A stretch of DNA of 32,000 nt, from positions 3,570,001 through 3,602,000 of the forward strand of contig LT962688.1 of NCBI GenBank assembly GCA_900234795.1, given 5' to 3'. Source of the DNA: Methylorubrum extorquens. GTDB lineage: Bacteria > Pseudomonadota > Alphaproteobacteria > Rhizobiales > Beijerinckiaceae. Under the pieces are notes generated by a model. It worked only from the letters and a program-made list of their open reading frames with translations. It made no database searches and was not told the origin of the DNA. Position numbers and translations under genes: made by a program. Numbering within the stretch: the stretch's first letter is position 1; every line of letters begins with the position of its first letter. Below are positions 8,267-16,835 of the stretch, one piece after another.

Positions 8267-9123
8267 GGGAGCCTCCCTTCGTCCAGTACCGCCAGAGCCT
8301 CGCGCCATTCGTCCGCCTCGACCCGCAGGAAGTGATTGCGCTCACGCGCCTCGAGGAAGGGCACGCCCTTGGCCATCTTGGTGTCGCAGATGATGATGCG
8401 CGGGCAGCGCTCCGGATGGGACCGGGCGGCGTCGAAGGCCTTCACCAGGGCGTCGACGTCGTTGCCGTCCACCCGCTGGACGAACCAGCCGAAGGCCTCG
8501 AATTTCGGCGCGAGCGGCTCGAAGTTCAGGACGCCGCGGGACGGCCCGTCGGCCTGCATGCCGTTGACGTCGACGATGCCGATCAGGTTGTCGAGCCCGA
8601 AGCTCGCCGCCGACATCGCCGCCTCCCAGGTCGAGCCCTCATCGAGTTCGCCGTCGGAGAACAGGTTGTAGACGAACGCGGCCGAGGCCTTGCGCTTGAG
8701 GCCGAGCGCCATCCCGACGGCGATGCCGAGCCCGTGGCCGAGGGAGCCGCCGGTGATCTCCATGCCGGGCGTGTAGGCGGCCATGCCGGACATCGGCAGG
8801 CGGCTGTCGTCGGAACCGTAGGTCCCGAGTTCGTCCTCCGGGATGATGCCGGCCTCGATCAGCGCGGCGTAGAGGGCGATGGCGTAGTGGCCGATCGAGA
8901 GCAGGAAGCGGTCCCGGCCCTCCCATTCCGGATCGTCAGACCGGTAGGTCATGGCGTGGAAGTAGCTGACCGCCAGCACGTCGCTGATGCCGAGCGCCTG
9001 GGCGATGTAGCCCTGGCCCTGGACCTCGCCCATCAGCAGGGCGTGGCGGCGGATGCGGTAGGCGCGGTCGTCGAGCGAGACGTTCGAGCCTTCGCGGGGG
9101 TGGATCTCGGGGGGGTGCACCAT
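8263..9123 (-). CDS. Transketolase, N-terminal (thiamine-diphosphate-binding) subunit
   Basis: ThDP-binding motifs are present (GSLGHGLGIAVGMALG and FSDGELDEGSTWEAAMSA). The preferred start is ATG at 9123 with GGAAGGA upstream. It lies 17 nt after the SDR stop. Confidence 0.9.
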   Translation of the reverse strand: MVHPPEIHPREGSNVSLDDRAYRIRRHALLMGEVQGQGYIAQALGISDVLAVSYFHAMTYRSDDPEWEGRDRFLLSIGHYAIALYAALIEAGIIPEDELGTYGSDDSRLPMSGMAAYTPGMEITGGSLGHGLGIAVGMALGLKRKASAAFVYNLFSDGELDEGSTWEAAMSAASFGLDNLIGIVDVNGMQADGPSRGVLNFEPLAPKFEAFGWFVQRVDGNDVDALVKAFDAARSHPERCPRIIICDTKMAKGVPFLEARERNHFLRVEADEWREALAVLDEGRLP

Positions 9124-9140
9124 GGCTGTGTTCCTTCCGA

Positions 9141-9890
9141 TCAATGGATCAGCATGCCGCCGTTGACGTCGATCACCGCGCCGGTGAGGTAGGCGGACAG
9201 GTCGCTGGCGAGGAACAGGCAGACATTGGCGACGTCGTCGGCGACGCCGAGGCGGCCGAGGGGGATGCCGCTGACGATCTCGGCGCGCATCGCATCGGTG
9301 AGCTTGCCGGCGGTGATGTCGGTCTGGATCAGGCCGGGCGTCACCGAATTCACCCGGATGCCGTCGGAGCCGAGTTCGCGCGCCATCGCCTTGGCGAGGC
9401 CGAGCACGCCCGCCTTGGCGGCGCTATAATGCGGACCGCCGAAGATGCCGCCGCCGCGCTGGGCCGAGACCGACGACATGCAGACGATCGCGCCGGTGCG
9501 CTGGCGGCGCATGGCGGGGATCACCGCCTGGCTCATGTAGAGGGTGCCGCGCAGGTTGACGTCGGTGACGGCGTCGTAATTCGCCGCCTCGATCTCCATC
9601 AGCTTCAGGGGCTGCGAGATGCCGGCATTGTTCACGAGGACATCGATTTGTCCGGCCTGGGCGATCACCTCGTCGGCGGCCGCTTGGCAGGCCGTCCGGT
9701 TGGCGACATCGCAGGCGAGCCCGAAATGTCCTGGGCCGATCTCGCGCGCCGCCGCCTCGGCCTGGCCGGCGTCGAGATCGAGGATGACCACCCGCCCGCC
9801 CTGGGCCGCGAACAGGCGTGCCGTGGCCTTGCCGATGCCGCGCGCGGAGGCCGCGCCGGTGATTACACAGACTTTGTCCTTCAGAAGCAT
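9141..9890 (-). CDS. SDR-family NAD(P)-dependent oxidoreductase (FabG-like)
   Basis: It has the TGAASARGIGKA cofactor loop, the NNAG motif and the catalytic SSVS...YSAAK (YxxxK). The preferred start is ATG at 9890 (MLLKDKVCVITG) with a GGGAGAG RBS. The upstream 42 codons of the track ORF are Pro/Arg/Ala filler. Confidence 0.9.
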   Translation of the reverse strand: MLLKDKVCVITGAASARGIGKATARLFAAQGGRVVILDLDAGQAEAAAREIGPGHFGLACDVANRTACQAAADEVIAQAGQIDVLVNNAGISQPLKLMEIEAANYDAVTDVNLRGTLYMSQAVIPAMRRQRTGAIVCMSSVSAQRGGGIFGGPHYSAAKAGVLGLAKAMARELGSDGIRVNSVTPGLIQTDITAGKLTDAMRAEIVSGIPLGRLGVADDVANVCLFLASDLSAYLTGAVIDVNGGMLIH

Positions 9891-10080
9891 GTCGCTCTCC
9901 CTGCGCGGCGGCGGTGCTTCCGCTCCGGCGCTCAGCTTGTTTGGAGATGGGAGATCCGCCGATTTGCCGGGCCCGACCGCTGGGCCTCGACAAGTTGCCC
10001 GCGCGCTCGGCCGCACTACAGCGGCGGTGCCGGGCTCGGCTGCAGTTCGTTTCCTCTCATCTCATTGATGAGCAAGATGA

Positions 10081-10099
10081 TGCACGGACCCATAATGCA
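10081..10099 (-). promoter_or_regulatory. Candidate LysR-type operator (TGCA-N11-TGCA dyad) upstream of the SDR/transketolase genes
   Basis: The sequence tgcacggacccataatgca was read directly in the relatively AT-rich 245-nt spacer between the LysR stop and the SDR start. It fits the generic T-N11-A LTTR box. There is no experimental support. Confidence 0.25.
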
Positions 10100-10135
10100 G
10101 CAAACGCGAAGTTTTCAGCCCCAGATGAATTTCGC

Positions 10136-11080
10136 TCACCTTGCCAGTGCCGGCTGCTGCGCCCGCACGGGTTGCTGCGTCTCCGAGGGCAGTTCCGGGG
10201 GCAACGCCACACGCAGTTCCGCGGCGAGCCAGCGTGCAAACACGCAGAGCGGGGTTCGGCGCCGCGTCAGGGCCGGGAAGACGAGGTAATGGCCGGTATA
10301 TTCGACGTTGGAGGCCCGCTCGGCGAGCGGCGCGACGAGGCGCCCGCTCGCCAGTTCCCGTTCGGCCAGAAGTGTGGATTCCAGGGCGATGCCGAGATCA
10401 TCGGCCGCCGCCGTGATGGCGAGGAAGCTGCGGTCGAAGCGAAGGCCGGCGGAGGGTGGCGCGCGCAGGCCGTTGCGCTCGAACCAGAGCGGCCAGCGCA
10501 CGAGCTTGTTGTCGCTCTGGATCAGCGGCTGGCCGGGAAGGTCGGCAGCCTCGCGGATCCTGCGGGCGCGCTCGGGCGTGCAGAGCGGTGTCACCGTTTC
10601 CTGACCGAGCGGCATGACGATGAGCCCCTCGCCGCGCGGCGGACCGTAGACGATGTCGGCGTCGAACTCGTCGGTGATGAAGCGGGCGTAATCCATGCCG
10701 GCGGCGAGCCGCACCTCGAAGTCGGGATGGCTGGCCATGAAGCGGGCCAAGCGCGGGGTCAGCCACTGCGCGGCGAAGCTCGGGGCGCAGTGCAGACGCA
10801 GCAATTGCGGGGCCCGCGTCGCGACGAGGTCGAAGCCCCGGTTCATCTCTTCGAAGGCGCGGCTGACATGGTCGAGAAGGGCCTCGCCGGCCGCCGTCAG
10901 GGCGATGCCGTGGCTGTCGCGCTCGAACAACGCCACGCCCAGGGCCTGCTCCAGCTTTCGCACCGCGTGGCTGACGGCACTCGCGGTGAGATTGAGCTCG
11001 CTCGCCGCGTCCTTGAACGAACGGCGGCGCGCGGCGGCCTCAAACGTGCGAACGGCGGAGAGCGGAACAGGTGGGCGCAT
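10136..11080 (-). CDS. LysR-family transcriptional regulator (GcvA-like)
   Basis: An N-terminal wHTH is present (LSAVRTFEAAARRRSFKDAASELNLTASAVSHAVRKLEQALGVALFER), followed by a LysR substrate-binding domain. The preferred start is ATG at 11080 (MRPPVPL). Confidence 0.9.
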   Translation of the reverse strand: MRPPVPLSAVRTFEAAARRRSFKDAASELNLTASAVSHAVRKLEQALGVALFERDSHGIALTAAGEALLDHVSRAFEEMNRGFDLVATRAPQLLRLHCAPSFAAQWLTPRLARFMASHPDFEVRLAAGMDYARFITDEFDADIVYGPPRGEGLIVMPLGQETVTPLCTPERARRIREAADLPGQPLIQSDNKLVRWPLWFERNGLRAPPSAGLRFDRSFLAITAAADDLGIALESTLLAERELASGRLVAPLAERASNVEYTGHYLVFPALTRRRTPLCVFARWLAAELRVALPPELPSETQQPVRAQQPALAR

Positions 11081-11472
11081 CGGGCAGACGATGCGGCAGG
11101 CGCCTCCATCTGACAATCTCCAATAGAGCGGGGAAAGACCGTCCGCCGATCACTGGGTTTGTTCTGTCAAACGGACACAAGCGGCAAAACCATCGACAAG
11201 GTTGATCCGGACAAACCCGACCATCCGGGAAGACCATCCAGTCGAACCTTCTCACGGCGCAGGAGCGGAGATCGGGGGATGTTGCAGATGGCCCGGCGAT
11301 CGGTCACGGCTGTCGCCGCCGGCCGGAGGCGACGTGACAATTCGGCGGCGTTGTCCCGCAGCCGCCGATTGCTCGCGCGGGATGCGGACCGGCGCCGGGC
11401 GCGATATCACCGGTTCGACCGCCTCTCCCGCTCCGGACGGGGCGGAAGAGAGACGCCCATAAGGGTCACGAG

Positions 11473-12753
11473 ATGAGCGCAACGAATCGTCCCCCTCGGG
11501 ATCGCCGCGCTGGCAGCCGCGGCTTGCTCGTCGCCGGGGCCGGCATTCCGGGCCTGACCCTGGCAGTCGCCCTGAAGCAGGCGCATGGGGCGGCGCTCGA
11601 CGTGGCAGTCTGCGATCCGGGCCTGGAGGCCGGCGCGACGCGCCATCGCGGGCGCGCCTACGCCGTGGCGGCCGGGCCGCGGCGTATGTTCGAGCAGCTC
11701 AGGCTCTGGTCGCGGATCGAACCGGCGGCGGAGCCGATGCGCCGGCTGGTCATCAGCGACAGCCGGGTCGGCGATCCGGTGCGGCCGGTCTTCCTCACCT
11801 TCGGCGACGGGACCGAGGCGCGCGACGCGGGCGAGCCCTTCGCCCACATGGTCGAGGCCGAACCGATGGTCGCCGCGCTGCTCGACGCCGCGCGGGAAAC
11901 GGGCGTCCACCTCGCCGCCTCAAGTGTCACCGCCGCCGTGCCGGGCCCGCGCGCGACCCGGGTGACCCTGAGCGACGGCAGCAGCGAGGAGGTCGCACTC
12001 GTGGTCGCTGCCGACGGGGCGCGCTCGGCCCTGCGCGAGGCCGCCGGCATCGGCTGGGTCGGCTGGTCCTATCCGCAATCGGGGATCGTCGCGACGATTC
12101 AGCATGCCCGCGACCATGAGGGCCGGGCCTTCGAGCATTTCCTGCCGAGCGGGCCCTTCGCGATCCTGCCGCTCAAGGCGGGCGGCGCACTCGGCCACCG
12201 CTCCTCCATCGTCTGGACCGAGCGCAGCGCCGACGTGCCGGCCCTGCTCGGCGGGGATGCCGCCGAGACGCTGGCCGAGATCGAGCGCCGGTTCGGGGCC
12301 GAACTCGGGCGCATTGCCCTGGAGCATGGGCCGAGCGCCCATCCGCTGCATCTCGGCCTCGCCCGCAGCTTCCGGGCGCCCCGCCTCGCGCTGCTGGGGG
12401 ACGCCGCCCACGTCATCCATCCGCTGGCGGGACAGGGGCTCAATCTCGGTCTCGCCGGGGCGGCGGCCCTGGCCGAGGCAGTGACCGGTGCCCTGCGGCT
12501 CGGGCTCGATCCCGGCGCGGATGCGGTCTTGCGCGATTACGAGCAGGCGCGCCGCTTCGATTCCGTCGCGATGGCGGCGGCGACCGACGGGCTCAACCGC
12601 CTGTTCTCGAACGACAGCATGGCGCTGCGGCTCACCCGCGACTTCGGCCTCGGCCTCGTCGATCGAATGCCGGGCCTGAAGCGCTTCTTCATCGGCCAGG
12701 CATCGGCGCTGCGGGGCGGGACCCCGCGCCTGCTGCGGGGTGAAGCCCTGTGA
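11473..12753 (+). CDS. FAD-dependent ubiquinone-biosynthesis hydroxylase, UbiH/UbiF/VisC/COQ6 family
   Basis: It has a GxGxxG-type FAD fold (LLVAGAGIPGLTLAVAL), a DG motif (VVAADGARSALRE) and the family signature GDAAHVIHPLAGQGLNLGL. Confidence 0.9.
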   Translation: MSATNRPPRDRRAGSRGLLVAGAGIPGLTLAVALKQAHGAALDVAVCDPGLEAGATRHRGRAYAVAAGPRRMFEQLRLWSRIEPAAEPMRRLVISDSRVGDPVRPVFLTFGDGTEARDAGEPFAHMVEAEPMVAALLDAARETGVHLAASSVTAAVPGPRATRVTLSDGSSEEVALVVAADGARSALREAAGIGWVGWSYPQSGIVATIQHARDHEGRAFEHFLPSGPFAILPLKAGGALGHRSSIVWTERSADVPALLGGDAAETLAEIERRFGAELGRIALEHGPSAHPLHLGLARSFRAPRLALLGDAAHVIHPLAGQGLNLGLAGAAALAEAVTGALRLGLDPGADAVLRDYEQARRFDSVAMAAATDGLNRLFSNDSMALRLTRDFGLGLVDRMPGLKRFFIGQASALRGGTPRLLRGEAL

Positions 12754-13075
12754 AGCGTGCGCTGGGACGGCCGAACGGCTCGCCCCGGCGTGCCGGCGGC
12801 TTCTGGCCGGCTACGGCTTACGCAGGCGGGAGAATTGCCATGTCAGCATCATGCTCGAGGCCATGAGGGCCGCGTACAGCATCTGAAGAAGCGGACCGTC
12901 TTGCATCGGCTCAATCCTGCGGACGTGGCAGCGCCAGGAAAGAGTGAGTTCTGGCAACAACCGGGCCAACTTTCGGCGGGGCGTCGCAGACGATGATGCT
13001 CCGGCGGCCGGGCGGTCGCGGAGGTGCGCGTTTCGACGGGTCGATAAAGACGTGCCCTCAGGCCGCAGCGGCCGC

Positions 13076-14215
13076 CTAAGGTGAGACCGGATCGGGCAGC
13101 GCGAACGCCTTGGCGGAGAGCAGGCGCGTCAGGGTCGCGAGCAGATCGGTCTGGGTGATGATCCCCAGTACCCGCCGGTCGTCGGCGGTGACGACGACCG
13201 CATGGGTGTGACCATCCGTCAGATCGTTCACCAGCGCGATCACCGGGTCGTCCGGCCCGGTCGTCCTGGCCTCGGACATCACCTGCGCCAGGGCCACCTC
13301 GCCGTGCAGCGTCAGCTCGCGCAGGCCGATCGTACCGGCGAGCCGGCCGGCCCGGTCGATGACCGGAAGCGTCCTGATGTTGTGGGCGAGCAGAAGCTCC
13401 CGTGCCCGTTCGGCGCTGCCATCGAGCCCGATGGTGACGACGTCGCGTGACATCACCTCACCGCAGGTCAGATCCCCCCGTGCACGCACGAGTGCGTGGA
13501 GTTCGACCTGCCGGAGAAGCCGGTCGAGATCGGCGCGGTCGATGTCCAGCGTCTCGTCCAGCGCGACCAGGGCCGCATCGACATCTTCAGACCGGAAGCC
13601 GACCCGGAGCGGGGCCGGCAAATCCCCCGTGCCATGGGTGTTCATCGGCGTCGCGACCGCGACGTGCGGGTAGTTGCGGCGCGAGAGCTTGTGGAAGCCG
13701 ATGCCGAGCGCAACGAGAATGACCGAGTTCAGGCCGACCGGGAACAGCGGGAACAGGAAGCCCGCCGACGTGACGGCCGGGCCGCCGATGAGTGCGGTCA
13801 AGGCGGCGGCCCCGCCCGGCGGGTGAAGACACCGGGTCAGCGACATCGCCGCGATCGCAAGGGAGACGCCAACGCCGATCGCAATGACAGGATCGGGAAT
13901 GAGGTGCGCGGCAAGCACGCCCATGAACGCGGAGATGGTGTTGCCGCCGATGACCGACCAGGGCTGGGCGAGCGGACTGGCGGGAACGGCGAAGATCAGC
14001 ACCGCCGACGCCCCCATCGGCGCCACGATCAGCGGGATGTGGGGGCCTTCTCCGAAGAACCAGCCGCAGACCAGGCCGGTGAGCGTGATGCCCGCAAGAG
14101 CACCCAGGCACGCGATCAGGCGCTCACGCAGGGTCGCGCCGGCCAGAATCGGCCTGAACAAGCGGAATCCGTGCGATCGTTCAGTGCGTTGTTCCGGGCC
14201 ACCGGGGTTGGGCAT
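13076..14215 (-). CDS. HPP-family membrane protein fused to a CBS-domain pair
   Basis: The N-terminal half is polytopic and carries the HPP motif (LTRCLHPPGGAAALTAL). The C-terminal half has two CBS-like units (VMSRDVVTIG...IRTLPVID and VMSEARTTG...HAVVVTADDRRVLGIITQTDLL). Confidence 0.9.
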   Translation of the reverse strand: MPNPGGPEQRTERSHGFRLFRPILAGATLRERLIACLGALAGITLTGLVCGWFFGEGPHIPLIVAPMGASAVLIFAVPASPLAQPWSVIGGNTISAFMGVLAAHLIPDPVIAIGVGVSLAIAAMSLTRCLHPPGGAAALTALIGGPAVTSAGFLFPLFPVGLNSVILVALGIGFHKLSRRNYPHVAVATPMNTHGTGDLPAPLRVGFRSEDVDAALVALDETLDIDRADLDRLLRQVELHALVRARGDLTCGEVMSRDVVTIGLDGSAERARELLLAHNIRTLPVIDRAGRLAGTIGLRELTLHGEVALAQVMSEARTTGPDDPVIALVNDLTDGHTHAVVVTADDRRVLGIITQTDLLATLTRLLSAKAFALPDPVSP

Positions 14216-14547
14216 CCTCGCGCGTTCCTCGCTTCTCGTCCGGTGTCGGCGCTGCCAGTTCCGCAGGCAGGTGCTTCACCTGTCAGCCCGCAGATCTGGT
14301 ATACCACATACAAGCTGACGGATCGCCACCGGATTTGCAACATGCATAGGCACGTTGCTCTCCGGCAAGGCAGATCTGTCTAAGCTGCACCGTTAAAGGA
14401 GACGCCATCGCACGCCTGCGGCGCCCGAGCCCGGCACGGACACAACCGCATTTGCGGCCACCCGGTTTTTCGTTCATGTAGCGGCACCGCGCGCCGGGCG
14501 CGTCCGCGCGCCGATCTGCCACCCGAACGCATCGGGACTTTGAACCT

Positions 14548-15111
14548 ATGGCCACACCGGAATTCGACCTGGGCGATATCAAGCGCCGCATGCAGGGTGC
14601 CGTCAGTTCTCTGAGCAAGGATCTGGGATCGCTGCGCACGGGCCGCGCGACGCCGAGCCTGCTCGATCCGATCCAGGTCGAGGCCTACGGCTCCTCGATG
14701 CCGATGGCCCAGGTCGCGACCGTCAGCGTGCCGGAGCCGCGGCTTCTCTCGATCTCGGTCTGGGACCGCTCGATGGTCACCAACGTCGAGAAGGCGATCC
14801 GCGAATCCGATCTCGGCCTCAACCCGATGACGGAAGGCCAGACCATCCGCCTGCGCATCCCCGAGATGAACGAGCAGCGCCGCAAGGAGATGGTCAAGGT
14901 CGCGCACAAGTACACGGAGGAGGCCCGCGTCGCCGTGCGCCACGTGCGCCGCGACGGGCTCGACATCCTCAAGAAGCTCGAGAAGGACGGCGCCATCAGC
15001 CAGGACGACGAGAAGCGTCAGGCTGCCGAGGTGCAGAAGGCCACCGACGACGCGATCAACGAGATCGACGGCGTGCTGGCGAGCAAGGAAAAGGAAATCA
15101 TGCAGGTCTGA
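14548..15111 (+). CDS. frr: Ribosome recycling factor
   Basis: The ORF is 187 aa. Conserved RRF segments include [27 protein letters not shown] and [28 protein letters not shown]. Confidence 0.97.
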   Translation: MATPEFDLGDIKRRMQGAVSSLSKDLGSLRTGRATPSLLDPIQVEAYGSSMPMAQVATVSVPEPRLLSISVWDRSMVTNVEKAIRESDLGLNPMTEGQTIRLRIPEMNEQRRKEMVKVAHKYTEEARVAVRHVRRDGLDILKKLEKDGAISQDDEKRQAAEVQKATDDAINEIDGVLASKEKEIMQV

Positions 15112-15181
15112 CACCCGGCCTGCACGGAACGGAGATGGGTGGGGCCGCGCCGAACCGCGGCGGCGAGAGGAGGAGGCTGCG

Positions 15182-15961
15182 TTGGTTCGCTCGGAAGGCG
15201 CGCGGCAGATCGGTGAGGCGGCAGGTGCCGCCCCCGGAGGCGCCGGACGGCCAGCGCCGCGCCACGTCGCCATCATCATGGACGGCAACGGCCGCTGGGC
15301 GGCAAGCCGGGGCCTGCCCCGTTTCGAGGGGCATCGCCGCGGCGTCGAGGCCGTCCGCCGCGCCGTGCGCTCCGCCATCACCCTCGGCATCGACTATCTC
15401 ACGATCTACAGCTTCTCCTCCGAGAACTGGCGCCGCCCCCCCTCGGAGGTTTCCGAGCTGATGGGCCTGCTCAAGCTGTTCGTCCGCGGTGATCTCGCCG
15501 ACCTCCACGCCAACAACGTCCGCATCCGGGTGATCGGCGACCGTGCCGACCTCTCGCCGGACATCGCGAGCCTGCTCGACGAGGCGGAGGCGCGCACCCG
15601 CGCCAATACCGGCCTGACTCTGGTCGTCGCCTTCAATTACGGCGGGCGCCAGGAAATCCTGCGCGCGGTGCGGCGCATCGCGGCTTCCGTCGCCGAGGGG
15701 CGGCTGCGGGTCGACGAGATCGAACTGCCGACCATCACCGAGGCGCTCGACACCGCCGGCATTCCCGACCCGGACCTCGTGATCCGCACCTCGGGCGAGC
15801 AGCGCCTCTCGAACTTCCTGACATGGCAGACGGCTTACGCCGAGTACGTGATCGAGCCGGGCTTCTGGCCGGATTTCGACCACGCCGCGTTCCTCGCCGC
15901 CGTCAGCGAGTACCACCGCCGCGACCGCCGCTTCGGCGGCCTCAGCGCCGGAGCCGGCTGA
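15182..15961 (+). CDS. uppS: Isoprenyl transferase (undecaprenyl-diphosphate synthase)
   Basis: Family motifs [22 protein letters not shown] and [21 protein letters not shown] are present. The only in-frame start upstream of the conserved region is TTG at 15182. The stop overlaps the cdsA ATG by 1 nt. Confidence 0.93.
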   Translation: MVRSEGARQIGEAAGAAPGGAGRPAPRHVAIIMDGNGRWAASRGLPRFEGHRRGVEAVRRAVRSAITLGIDYLTIYSFSSENWRRPPSEVSELMGLLKLFVRGDLADLHANNVRIRVIGDRADLSPDIASLLDEAEARTRANTGLTLVVAFNYGGRQEILRAVRRIAASVAEGRLRVDEIELPTITEALDTAGIPDPDLVIRTSGEQRLSNFLTWQTAYAEYVIEPGFWPDFDHAAFLAAVSEYHRRDRRFGGLSAGAG

Positions 15962-16821
15962 TGGCGGGCGACGAAGTGGTTTCCCCGGCCCGGCGCGCGC
16001 CCTTCGCCAACCGCGAATTCGGCCTGCGCGTCGCCTCGGCGCTGGTGCTCGGCGCCATCGTGCTCGGCACGCTCCTCATCGGCGGCTGGGCCTTTGCCGG
16101 CATCTGGCTGATCGCGGGCGTCGTCGGCGCCGCCGAATGGCTCGCCATGACCCGCTCCGAGCCGCTGCTGCCGCTGCTGGGCCTGACCGGGGTGACGCTG
16201 TTCGGCGTGCTCGCCACGGGTTTGCTCGGCGCCCCCGTCTGGGTGCCGGTTCTCCTTCTGCTCGCCGGCATCCTCGGTCTCTTCGCGCTCGGGCACGGCC
16301 CCGGCCGGCGCAAGCCGATCTGGGGCCTGCTCGGCGGTGCCGTGGTCGCCCTGGTGCCGACGCTGCTGCGGATCGACCCCGAGATCGGCATCGTCGGGCC
16401 GGCCTGGATGTTCGCGGTGGTCTGGTCCACCGACAGCGTCGCCTACTTCACCGGCCGCCTCATCGGCGGGCCCAAGCTGATGCCGCGGGTGAGCCCGAAG
16501 AAGACGTGGTCCGGTGCGCTCGGCGGCCTCGCCGCGGGAATCGTCGGCGGAACCGTCACCGTGCTCATCGCCCGCAGCCAGGGTTGGGACGCGCTGCCCG
16601 CGGTCTCGCTCCCCCTGGTCGCAGCGCTGAGCGGCCTCGCCTCGATCCTGTCGCAGGGGGGCGACCTCGTTGAGTCCGCCCTCAAGCGGCGCTACGGCGT
16701 CAAGGATTCGGGCCGCTCGATCCCCGGCCATGGCGGCGTCATGGACCGGCTCGACGGCTTCTTCGCCGTGGCCGGGCTCGCCGGCCTGTGCCTTGCCGCC
16801 CTGCGGCTCCTGAATGCCTGA
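15961..16821 (+). CDS. cdsA: Phosphatidate cytidylyltransferase
   Basis: It is polytopic and carries the CDS signature SQGGDLVESALKRRYGVKDSGRSIPGHGGVMDRLDG. The start ATG at 15961 overlaps the uppS stop. The track ORF from 15823 overlaps uppS and is Arg/Pro filler. Confidence 0.93.
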   Translation: MAGDEVVSPARRAPFANREFGLRVASALVLGAIVLGTLLIGGWAFAGIWLIAGVVGAAEWLAMTRSEPLLPLLGLTGVTLFGVLATGLLGAPVWVPVLLLLAGILGLFALGHGPGRRKPIWGLLGGAVVALVPTLLRIDPEIGIVGPAWMFAVVWSTDSVAYFTGRLIGGPKLMPRVSPKKTWSGALGGLAAGIVGGTVTVLIARSQGWDALPAVSLPLVAALSGLASILSQGGDLVESALKRRYGVKDSGRSIPGHGGVMDRLDGFFAVAGLAGLCLAALRLLNA

Positions 16822-16835
16822 ACGGAACTGATCCC

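Noticed and set aside
4272-8335. Long plus-strand ORFs (4272-6143, 623 aa; 6098-8335, 745 aa) opposite the TRAP and transketolase genes
   Set aside because: Same high-GC antisense artefact. The translations are dominated by R, G, D, E, A and H runs. The minus-strand genes have unambiguous family motifs, RBSs and coupled stops and starts.
9891-10016. N-terminal extensions of several track ORFs (for example SDR to 10016, TK-C to 8308, cdsA from 15823, lpxD from 22344, tsf to 28783, rpsB to 29989)
   Set aside because: The extensions are Pro/Arg/Ala filler that overlaps upstream genes or terminators. Internal ATG or GTG codons with good RBSs coincide with the conserved family N-termini.
11159-11476. 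Arg-rich 105-aa ORF (or its 66-aa ATG-initiated part from ~11279) ending in an ATGA overlap with the ubiquinone hydroxylase start
   Set aside because: The ATGA overlap and the GGAG...GGGGG upstream were tempting. The product is about one-third Arg with no hydrophobic core, and GC3 (~78% by hand) is only average for the region. It is more likely untranslated leader. It would need Ribo-seq or conservation to revive.
12757-12996. 79-aa plus-strand ORF after the ubiquinone hydroxylase gene
   Set aside because: It has a GTG start 1 nt after the upstream stop and no RBS. Codon bias is poor in its AT-richer middle. It overlaps the more plausible 31-aa minus-strand ORF.
14380-15916. Minus-strand ORFs (14380-15390 and 15098-15916) opposite frr and uppS
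   Set aside because: They are antisense to two universally conserved genes and their translations are compositionally biased. They have no RBS or motif support.
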